Below, in pieces: positions 18,711-27,069 of a DNA stretch of 64,000 nt. Location: positions 3,309-67,308 of the IMG/VR virus record IMGVR_UViG_3300032046_000021; one strand, written 5' to 3'. The DNA comes from a virus. The stretch's first letter is position 1; every line of letters begins with the position of its first letter. The position numbers and the translations under genes are program-made. Under the pieces are notes generated by a model, which had not been told where the DNA came from, did not search any database, and saw nothing but the letters and a program-made list of their open reading frames with translations.

Positions 18711-19066
18711 TGTCAACTCATTTTGAGCAAATAAAATCCCTACTTTCTTTAACGGGTCAAGCCCATATGGAGGAGTTCCCATATGAACAAGTGTATGTGT
18801 ATTCTATAGTTACTCCTGCAGGGGAGCTAGTTATAGGAGCACTTGGCAAGAAAGGAACTCGTGTTGTCGATGTGGCAGTACTTCCTGGCTTTAGGAAGCT
18901 TGGAATTGCTTCCGCATTAATCGATATAGCGGAAGTTGACCACGCATATGTGGTATCTAAGGAAGCTGAAAACTTCTGGAGCCACATAGGATGGCATTAT
19001 GGTCACAAAACAATAGACAAGGGAGTAGTCGTGAAAGTATACTGTGAAGAGGGGAAGATCGTTTGA
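18710..19066 (+). CDS. GNAT-family acetyltransferase
   Basis: Acetyl-CoA motif A VAVLPGFRKLGIASALI; AENFWSHIGW. Confidence 0.85.
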   Translation: MSTHFEQIKSLLSLTGQAHMEEFPYEQVYVYSIVTPAGELVIGALGKKGTRVVDVAVLPGFRKLGIASALIDIAEVDHAYVVSKEAENFWSHIGWHYGHKTIDKGVVVKVYCEEGKIV

Positions 19067-19482
19067 GTAACGTTGAAGGAATAAAAGCTGTTGTCGGAGT
19101 AAGCTATAGGAAGCATATTAGTGAGTACAGTAAGGAGCTTATAGCGATACCGTTCGGATTTCCGGGCAAACGCGAACTAGTGGAGCATGAAACTGATGAG
19201 CTAACATCTGTGTGTCCAGTTACAGGATTACCGGATTTCTATCATATGGTCATCAGTTACTTGCCGAAGGATTTGCTGGTAGAGCTGAAGTCATTAAAGT
19301 TCTACCTCATGCAATTCAGAGACGTTGGCATCTTGCACGAGGATTTGGCGCAGAAGATATTACAAGACTTTGTTGCAGTAGTACATCCGGAAGTTTGTAC
19401 AGTCGACTTGACAGCAGCTTCAAGGGGAGGAATAAGTACGCACGTGGTTGCGAGATATCCTGAACCAGGAGGAGGTGAGTAG
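19063..19482 (+). CDS. queF: preQ0 reductase QueF
   Basis: CPVTGLPDF, QueF motif ELKSLKFY, HE, RGGI. Confidence 0.9.
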   Translation: MSNVEGIKAVVGVSYRKHISEYSKELIAIPFGFPGKRELVEHETDELTSVCPVTGLPDFYHMVISYLPKDLLVELKSLKFYLMQFRDVGILHEDLAQKILQDFVAVVHPEVCTVDLTAASRGGISTHVVARYPEPGGGE

Positions 19483-19483
19483 T

Positions 19484-20269
19484 ATGGCATGGGCAAAGGG
19501 ACCGAATAAAGACAAGCCACCAGCGAAGACTAAGGAACAGTTGTTTACTGATATTCATGAGCTTGCAAAGAAGGCAGGTATAAAAATTGGAGTTCACGGA
19601 GTTGCTGAATCTGGTAAAACTCACTTCTGTTGCTCCTCACCACCGCCAGTCTATATACTAGAGACTGATGATGGAGCTGCACAACTTGCGAACAATTTCC
19701 CATCCAAGAACATTAAGGTACTTAACTGCTATGTAACGACAGGAGACCCGCAGACGGAATGTAAGGCCTCATTAGACATGCTGAAAGAAGCGTTGGTTGC
19801 ATTGAGTGACTTGAATGAGGGAACTATTTGCATTGATAGCGGTACAGATCTTTGGGAGTGGATTGGAGGAACTCTACGTTTGGAGATTCTGAAAGTTGAC
19901 TTGGCAGCTAGAGTAGCTCCCTCTGACTATAAGTGGGCGAATGCGGAGTATCGGTCGATAATCATGAAGTGTCGGGCGATTAATGCTAACTTCGTTATTA
20001 CGGCAATGGATGGGGAAGTATTCAGGGATGCTAAGTTGACGCCCACGAATGTGTATAAGGCAGAGTGGCAGAAGTGGACGCCAAGATGGTTGGATTGCCA
20101 AATACGGTTGATGAAGGAAGAAACAAAGACAGGGTATACATTTAGGGGGTTCATTGAGAAGTTCAGGCATCATCGGTTGACAAATAGGGACTTTTTGAAC
20201 CTAGACTTTGATGCATTATATGCAGTGCTTAAACCGTATCTAGTGAAACCGCCAGAAGGTGCAACGTAA
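19484..20269 (+). CDS. AAA/RecA-like ATPase (Sak4-like single-strand annealing protein)
   Basis: GVAESGKT, ICIDSGT. Start reassigned to ATG 19484 after SD GGAGGTGA. Confidence 0.75.
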   Translation: MAWAKGPNKDKPPAKTKEQLFTDIHELAKKAGIKIGVHGVAESGKTHFCCSSPPPVYILETDDGAAQLANNFPSKNIKVLNCYVTTGDPQTECKASLDMLKEALVALSDLNEGTICIDSGTDLWEWIGGTLRLEILKVDLAARVAPSDYKWANAEYRSIIMKCRAINANFVITAMDGEVFRDAKLTPTNVYKAEWQKWTPRWLDCQIRLMKEETKTGYTFRGFIEKFRHHRLTNRDFLNLDFDALYAVLKPYLVKPPEGAT

Positions 20270-20359
20270 TGTTGAACAACGTACCTAGAAATCTTTGGTC
20301 AGTTGTAACGTTTGGTCTCTTTCATTTTCAAGAAATTGACAGATTGGCAGCAGTAATAT

Positions 20360-20740
20360 ATGGAGTTGGTTACAATGACGAATGATGAGTACGATGAGAA
20401 GTTGGGTATCACAGCAGATGCTATGATGAATTCATTGGCAGCAAAGGCAGTACAAAAGGCTTGTAAAGAGGTACTTATGAAGGTACTTCGAAAGCATAAT
20501 CTGCGTAAGGATAGTTGGCATAGAACAACTAGTGTATTCTCAATGGGAGAGTTAGTGCATAACAAGATGCACCGATTAAAAGAACTGTATCCTAAGATAG
20601 CGTTGGGGGGATTGGAAGTACTGAAAGAAGTCAATGATGAACTAGATGATATCATTGCATACAGTGCATTTCAAAAATACGTCCTGAATGTCGATAAGTT
20701 GAGTAACCCTTACACTACACCGGAGAGTGACACTGTTTAA
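20360..20740 (+). CDS. Nucleotide-modification-associated (Nmad1/DUF1599-like, MazG-fold) protein
   Basis: LRKH...DSW...NKMHRLKEL...DELDDIIAYS. Confidence 0.55.
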   Translation: MELVTMTNDEYDEKLGITADAMMNSLAAKAVQKACKEVLMKVLRKHNLRKDSWHRTTSVFSMGELVHNKMHRLKELYPKIALGGLEVLKEVNDELDDIIAYSAFQKYVLNVDKLSNPYTTPESDTV

Positions 20741-21031
20741 CTCCCGTAGAACGGTTAACTGCTTGATACCGGAGGCAGCATTAAGCAGGTTCGGATTCAC
20801 CTCCTTTCCTGGCTCCTTGGGTATCCTTTAACCCTACAGAGGGATTAGCAGTGGGTTCAGGTCAGGTAGGAAGATATGCATTTCCATCTCGTGCAGATGG
20901 AAAGTGCAAGAAGGGTCATGATTTGGTAGGAATCGTGAGTGTGAAGTTATTTTCGATAGGGAGGGACTGGTTAGTGGGAGGTTATCTTTTCTGTCCAGTT
21001 TGTAAGGTCATTTATCGGAAGGTGCAATCAG

Positions 21032-21445
21032 ATGGTAAAAGAACGAATTAGGATATTAAGTATCGATAGTATCGAGTTCGATGCAGCACATTATATTCCG
21101 GGACATCCCAAATGTGGGTGTATTCATGGTCACACGTTCTTTGTTCGGAACCTAAGAGTATACTGCAACAAGTTTGTGGACTTTGGAAAGATCAAGGAAG
21201 AGATCCGTCATTGGGATCATATACTTGTGATTCCGAAGAAGCATATGGACTTTTGGTACTCAAAAATTAATCCATTATTACATGAAATTGGAATCAACCA
21301 ATGCTTTATGATAGTTGATGGTGAGCCATCAGTCGAAGATATTTCGGATTTGATAGTAGCTCAGCTAAAAACTATTCCTGGAGTTGTTGATGTACACTTC
21401 ACTCTTTGTGAAGGACCACATCAGAGAGTTGAGGGGTTTGAGTAA
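21032..21445 (+). CDS. queD: 6-carboxytetrahydropterin synthase QueD
   Basis: FDAAHYIPGHPKCGCIHGHT, DFGKIK, WDH, PSVE. Confidence 0.92.
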   Translation: MVKERIRILSIDSIEFDAAHYIPGHPKCGCIHGHTFFVRNLRVYCNKFVDFGKIKEEIRHWDHILVIPKKHMDFWYSKINPLLHEIGINQCFMIVDGEPSVEDISDLIVAQLKTIPGVVDVHFTLCEGPHQRVEGFE

Positions 21446-21563
21446 GCCAGCAAAGTGCTGTCCTCATTGTGGTACGGATCTTAGTGACTATACTCTTCCT
21501 TCAGATGAATATTGGAAAACTCGTTGCCCGTATTGCGGAGGTAAGTTAGATGTTAGTAAATGA
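21438..21563 (+). CDS. 41-aa Zn-ribbon protein
   Basis: TTG start, CPHC...CPYC; fills the gap between queD and queE. Confidence 0.55.
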   Translation: MSKPAKCCPHCGTDLSDYTLPSDEYWKTRCPYCGGKLDVSK

Positions 21564-22179
21564 AATCTTCGAATCAATTCAAGGAGAAGGTACATACCTC
21601 GGATACCCCGCACTCTTTATACGTTTGCAGGGATGCAATTTGAAGTGTTGGTTCTGTGACACGAAGTATGCATTAGGAATGTATGAGGACGGAATGGATG
21701 TTAGGCCCGAAAGCTTGGTTGCGTTAATCAGAAACTCACCTTCCTATCACGTTGTGTTTACAGGAGGGGAACCTTTACTTCAACAGAAAGAGATAGGTAA
21801 AGTTATACGTGAGGTTCAGAGAGCCAAGTTCTATGAAGTGGAAACTAACGGGACAATCAAGCCTAATATTGAGTTTTTGGTTCACCTTTTCACAGTATCA
21901 CCTAAGGATGACTTTCAAATTTCACCTAGCTTTTTCGAGATACCGGGAGTGGTTTTTAAGTTCGTGGTTGATAAAGAGGAGGATTTGGAGAAAATCGAGA
22001 ACTTTGTAGACTTACACAACATCACAAGGCCAGTGTACTTGATGCCACAAGCTACTACACTGTTGGAGCATAAGAAGAAGTTACCGATGCTTTTTGAGTT
22101 CGTGAAAGTGCATCAAGGGCACTATAGGATTACGCCTAGGTTGCAGATTTTGGCGTATGGGAAGAGGAAGGGAGTTTGA
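21550..22179 (+). CDS. queE: 7-carboxy-7-deazaguanine synthase QueE (radical SAM)
   Basis: FESIQGEG, CNLKCWFCDT, TGGEPLLQ, ETNGT, SPK. Confidence 0.95.
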   Translation: MLVNEIFESIQGEGTYLGYPALFIRLQGCNLKCWFCDTKYALGMYEDGMDVRPESLVALIRNSPSYHVVFTGGEPLLQQKEIGKVIREVQRAKFYEVETNGTIKPNIEFLVHLFTVSPKDDFQISPSFFEIPGVVFKFVVDKEEDLEKIENFVDLHNITRPVYLMPQATTLLEHKKKLPMLFEFVKVHQGHYRITPRLQILAYGKRKGV

Positions 22180-24053
22180 GGGTGAAAGTATGAAAGGTGA
22201 TGCAGAGTGTGAGGATCATACCTGTGAGTATCTCAGGTATTGTGTATGGCATCCAAATGAATGTTATGGAAAGCCTTGGAAAGTGAAAGAAATGTTAGCG
22301 CCACACACTTACATATTGAGCACTGTTAACTTCATCACGCCAGAAGGCAAAGTGATTCATAGAGACATTATGCAGGAAGTTGTTGACGTTAATGGTAATT
22401 ACTATTGTGTGATATATAAACGGATGTCAAAGCAGCAACAGGAACTCATGGATATACTACAAACTCAGTTTGTAGAGTATTTAGTAGAACCGGAGGCAAA
22501 AGCTTGTACGAGATGTTGAGCAATCTAGGTGCAAACCTTTGCGCAAGGGAAATAAGCAAACAAGTATGGACTGTGTATAAAGAGCAATCCTTCAGTGAGA
22601 CGGAAGGAGACCCAGAGTGCGGTCGTCTTGTACAAGTTGCCATATCCGGTATTAGGAGGTGTTAAAGTTGGTTAAAAAAGAAGCCAGAAAGCAACTTTTT
22701 CTAGAGGCAAACGATACTTTAATAATAAGGAACACAACCGCAAATGTAATGCGGTTAGAAACGGATAAGGACTATGTAGAAATTCCTCCAACCGAAGCGA
22801 TAGTAGTAGTGCGCGAAACTATGTGGGTGAGTTACAGTGAGCACTCTAGCCGGTTATATAAGTTCCTTCGCATGACTTTCTGGCAAAGGTTAAGGTGGGC
22901 ACTTTCAAGAAAGGCAGTTGAGGTGATAGAATGAATCTCCTAAAGAAACTACGTACCCTCATTCGTCGTCCTGCGGTAACCGTAAGGGAACTGCAAGACA
23001 CTGAGGTTGCGCGGGCAGTAAGTCCCGGGCGACATCAGCAAGAAAATGCTGAGTCTCATAAGAGAGATGGCCTAAGTCACGGTCCTAAACTACGTGACTC
23101 AGTGGCCTCGCCTGTAGAGAGAGAAATCAGGGGGATAAGTCCTGCGCCCTCTTTAGTTCAGAAAGGTATCGTTACGGCAGCAAGTGTTCAAGAAGTTCGA
23201 CAGCAATTAGACCGAGAAGCATTTTTTAGGCAACTTAACAAAAGAGATATCCCAGTTATTCGTCGTCCACTTGGCGACATCCGTGCGGTACGCAAGATGA
23301 AGCACGGTCACCAATCACCATATTATCGGAAGAGTGTGAAAGCAAATGTCAAGCCAGAAGAAGAGGAAGAAGCATGAGTGAAGGTTTGAAAGAGAAAACC
23401 AAGAAATGTGGTTGTTACCACTGTTCTTGCTGTAGGTTCTATCATGGTTTTGCGAAGGGTTGCGAGTTGCCTGGGTGTGCCTACGTTTTGGTTTCGGTTG
23501 CACAGCGAGACAAAGAAAATGAATTGTCGAAACAACAAGAAGCTTTCCAGAAACAAGTTGGCTATTTGAAAGAAGACATTAAAAAACTGGAGAGGGAGCG
23601 TGGCTTGCTAAAACAGAAACTACACCAATTTCCCAAGTTGCCTAAAAATCCTAACACGGCAGACAGAATTAATCACTCGATTGAGTGTCTTGAGTGGCTA
23701 GAACAGTTCAGGGAGTTGCTTCGGGAATGAGTCTGAAACAGAAAATCCAAGAAAAAGCCAAAACTATCAATGAATTAGAAAAAATCCTCTACCAAAAATC
23801 AAGGTACGCCTCACGGGAATTCATCTATGAAAAAGACAAACAAGAAACATGGATTACGGTTGATGATGTCACTGCTTTGTTGGGTGAAGCCACAAAATGT
23901 CCTAGATGTGGAGCAAATCTTCAAACTTATTGTCCTAATGCAAAATGTGAAGGCTACATGAGGGATGGGGATAAGGAACAATTCTACGATAAAAAATCTG
24001 GAAAATGGTTGGCTGTTTTGGGTGCGGATGGAAAGGAGAAGGCGAAACCATGA
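22157..24053 (+). CDS. Five hypothetical genes (22157..22519, 22659..22934, 22931..23377, 23374..23730, 23727..24053) interrupting the Que cluster
   Basis: Mostly overlapping start/stop codons with SD motifs; several are Cys-rich. Confidence 0.6.
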
Positions 24054-24736
24054 CACACGACGTTCAAGAAGAACAAGCTGATGATCTAGGAATAATGGCA
24101 GGTATCTCTAACTACAGCATAGTGATAAAGTCCTCTAAGTGGACACTCTTCATTGAGTTGGAAGTGAAGGTTCCGATACTCAATAAACGGGGAGCACATA
24201 TGAGCAGGTTGATATTCCCAGAGACAGTGAAGTGTGAGAGTGTTGAGCAGTTTATTAACGATGCAAAGAAGTTGATAAAGGAAAAAACTGGCGTTTACCC
24301 CTACATCAAAATGGTGTTTAAGTTTCCGTGGAAGGATCAGTTTCCAACTATTATCGTCGAGAACTATATTGCCATAGGAAATGAATACACGTATATTATG
24401 AAAGGGATAACTGCGTGTCCTTGTTCAAAGGAAAGCATAGGTATCGGGCATATGCAGAAGTGTGAGTTGAAGATAAAGATAAATGCTAAACTTCCACACC
24501 CCAAATTTGAGGACATATTTAGGTTGATGGAAAGTTGCTTTTCTGCATCGTTGACGGAGAAGTTGAAGAGAGATGAGGAAGCTGCTAAGATTAAGGAAGC
24601 TCAGGATAATGCAAAATTCGTCGAGGATGTCGTGAGGCACGCGATTATGAATATTCCTAATATTAGGTATGCGAGAGCAGAGTCGGATGAAAGTATTCAC
24701 AGTCATAAGGCGGTAGCGGAGTGGTGGAGGAGGTGA
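24050..24736 (+). CDS. folE2: GTP cyclohydrolase IB (FolE2/MptA family)
   Basis: DVQ, RGAHMSR, TACPCS, HMQ, NAKFVEDVVR, ESIHSH. Start reassigned to ATG 24050. Confidence 0.9.
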   Translation: MTHDVQEEQADDLGIMAGISNYSIVIKSSKWTLFIELEVKVPILNKRGAHMSRLIFPETVKCESVEQFINDAKKLIKEKTGVYPYIKMVFKFPWKDQFPTIIVENYIAIGNEYTYIMKGITACPCSKESIGIGHMQKCELKIKINAKLPHPKFEDIFRLMESCFSASLTEKLKRDEEAAKIKEAQDNAKFVEDVVRHAIMNIPNIRYARAESDESIHSHKAVAEWWRR

Positions 24737-24741
24737 CTTAG

Positions 24742-25464
24742 ATGGAAGTTATGGTTACAAAATCTCAACGTTCGACAGTCGTATCTCCAGCATTTAGTAA
24801 ACCTTCAACAAAGGTTGTAATGTTGTTGAGTGGGGGAGTTGACTCTGCTACCTTAGCATACTATTTGCTGAAACAGCATCAGGAAGTATACGCACTGACT
24901 GTTGATTATGGGCAAAAGCACTTTAAGGAACTCCGAGCAGCCGTAGAAATTGCTCATGCTGCAGGTATAAGTTGGAAAGTTCTTGATTTACGAACGTTAC
25001 AACCTCTGCTTAAAAGTGCATTGACTACTAATGATCCAATCCCAGAAGGCCACTATACTGCAGAGTCTCAGAAGTTAACAGTCGTACCCAACAGAAACGC
25101 TATCCTATTGAACATTGCTGCTGGCTACGCAATTAGCATAGGCGCCAACACTATTGCGTATGCTGCACATAGGAACGATAGGACAATATACCCCGACTGC
25201 AGGCCAGAGTTTGTGGGCGCGTTACAGGCAGCATTGGATGCCGGAACAGATGCAGATTTACTGGTATATGCACCGTTCATTAACATGACGAAGGCGCAAA
25301 TTGTGGAACTAGGTATATCATTGAACGTTCCCTTTGAATTAACCTGGTCATGTTATAAGGGAGGACAAAAGGCGTGTGGCAGGTGTGGAACGTGTGTGGA
25401 ACGATTAGAGGCATTTGCGTTGAATCATGTTAAGGATCCAATTGAGTATGAGGGAGTAATATGA
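24742..25464 (+). CDS. queC: 7-cyano-7-deazaguanine synthase QueC
   Basis: LSGGVDS, VPNRN, YPDCR, TWSCY...CGRCGTC. Confidence 0.96.
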   Translation: MEVMVTKSQRSTVVSPAFSKPSTKVVMLLSGGVDSATLAYYLLKQHQEVYALTVDYGQKHFKELRAAVEIAHAAGISWKVLDLRTLQPLLKSALTTNDPIPEGHYTAESQKLTVVPNRNAILLNIAAGYAISIGANTIAYAAHRNDRTIYPDCRPEFVGALQAALDAGTDADLLVYAPFINMTKAQIVELGISLNVPFELTWSCYKGGQKACGRCGTCVERLEAFALNHVKDPIEYEGVI

Positions 25465-25622
25465 CGCCCACAATATTAATTCATTCAACTTGCATTCGGC
25501 TGGCCGTATCAATTCATTCGACTGGCCAGTTACTCTATTTTGGCCAGTTACTCCATTCGAGGGGTGTTTCGAGTAAATTGGTTTGTTCCGAGTAAATTGG
25601 ATTTCATGGAAGGGATGAAGAA

Positions 25623-26381
25623 GTGAAGTTAGCAATAATCAGTCCAACAGTACACCTAACCGAACTTAGTAGCCTAGGGGACATTCAGTTTGCTCTTGGT
25701 CATGTTAAGGATCTTAAGTACGTTGAGTACTATCGTGAACAAGCAAAACAAACGTACACTATTATGGATAACGGAAGTTATGAACTTGGCAAGAGCGTCA
25801 GTTTTGACGACATATTCGAAGCAGCGGAAGAGATAAAGCCTGACGAAATCGTCGCACCGGATGTGCAGTGGAATCCAGTTGAGTCTCTGAATCTAACTCG
25901 ACACTTCATGAAATATGCGCATGGGCGCGGGTTACGAGATAAGTACAAGATTATGGTTGTTGTCTGGGCGTTTGACCCAGGAGACTTTCCGATGTGGTAC
26001 AAGGAGTACCTCAAGTTGAACCCCGATGTAATTGGTATCGGAAAATGGCTGTCAACGAAATTCCTAGCAAGGCCTAGTGTTGTTCAATTGTTGAAATATG
26101 AGCATATGTGGAAGAGTGATATTGAGCACCATTTTCTGGGATGTGGTTTTCCTGGCGAAGCACTCCAACTGCATGATGAGGGGCGCTCAATGGACACTAG
26201 CGGACCAATCGCCGATGCTATGAATGGGTTGAGATATGTGGAAGGTGAGGAATACTTAAACCTTCATACGAGTTCGTTGAAGAGGAGTTTGGACTTTAAT
26301 GCCCGGTTAACACCTGAGCAACTCGAAATAGCCAAAGCAAACTGTCGGTTAATGTTAACCTATGCACATGGAGGAAAATAA
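25623..26381 (+). CDS. dpdA: DpdA-like DNA guanine transglycosylase (TGT fold)
   Basis: MDNGSYE, VAPD, GIG, HFLG and SMDTS match TGT catalytic motifs; adjacent to queC. Confidence 0.75.
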   Translation: MKLAIISPTVHLTELSSLGDIQFALGHVKDLKYVEYYREQAKQTYTIMDNGSYELGKSVSFDDIFEAAEEIKPDEIVAPDVQWNPVESLNLTRHFMKYAHGRGLRDKYKIMVVVWAFDPGDFPMWYKEYLKLNPDVIGIGKWLSTKFLARPSVVQLLKYEHMWKSDIEHHFLGCGFPGEALQLHDEGRSMDTSGPIADAMNGLRYVEGEEYLNLHTSSLKRSLDFNARLTPEQLEIAKANCRLMLTYAHGGK

Positions 26382-26421
26382 ACGGACCAACTATAGCTTT
26401 ATATATTAATGAAGGGCATAT

Positions 26422-27069
26422 ATGACAGGAGTGACTCAAGTGACCCAAGGTACTAAGTACGATCTATCAACAGAAGATGCAGTTTGGTTAGCGTGTGCCA
26501 TAGATGGGGAAGGTAGTGTAGTTCCACCTCCTTCACAAGCTGTTGCGTGTTATAACTCGTCAATTGAGTTTATAAATAACGCAAAAAGAATACTCGAACT
26601 TTTAGACGTTATTTACAAATTCTCATCTTATGAATACAAAGGACATGAAAAGTACGGATATCAACAGTTAAAACTAATGTACAGCATTAGAGTTTGGAGA
26701 AGAGAAGAAGTAATTAAAATTCTTCCTGTAATAATTCCCTATCTCATAATTCCTAAAAAGAAAGAGGCAGCAGAGAAAGCTTTAACAGAATGTAAAAAGT
26801 CTCTTGAAGAAGAGGAAAAGCGGTTTCAAAATTACAGTAAAATTCTTTCTTTAATAGAACAAGAGCTTCATACTGCACCTGAAATCGAGTCTATAACTCA
26901 CATTCACGCTATTCATAGCAGATTAGATTTTCTTCAAAAGAAAGGGTATACAGTTAAACAACTGATTCCACAATCTCAGTTTATAATTGATAAAGTAGGT
27001 TGGAAACGAACATCAAAGCAAATTGAGCGTAAAGACTTCCAACGACATAAGGAGAGTGTTTTCGCATGA
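26422..27069 (+). CDS. Free-standing LAGLIDADG homing endonuclease
   Basis: WLACAIDGEGSV, ILPVIIPYLIIPKK; own TATA at 26398; inserted between dpdA and polB. Confidence 0.8.
   Translation: MTGVTQVTQGTKYDLSTEDAVWLACAIDGEGSVVPPPSQAVACYNSSIEFINNAKRILELLDVIYKFSSYEYKGHEKYGYQQLKLMYSIRVWRREEVIKILPVIIPYLIIPKKKEAAEKALTECKKSLEEEEKRFQNYSKILSLIEQELHTAPEIESITHIHAIHSRLDFLQKKGYTVKQLIPQSQFIIDKVGWKRTSKQIERKDFQRHKESVFA

Noticed and set aside
19063-19482. QueF-L (archaeosine-forming amidinotransferase)
   Set aside because: The protein retains the E(L/S)KS(L)K NADPH-binding QueF motif that QueF-L lacks.
20790-20810. GGATTCACCTCCTTTC resembling the 16S rRNA 3' end
   Set aside because: The match is only about 15 nt, with no further rRNA similarity. 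It is better explained as a minus-strand SD or an arm of a GGAGG/CCTCC hairpin.
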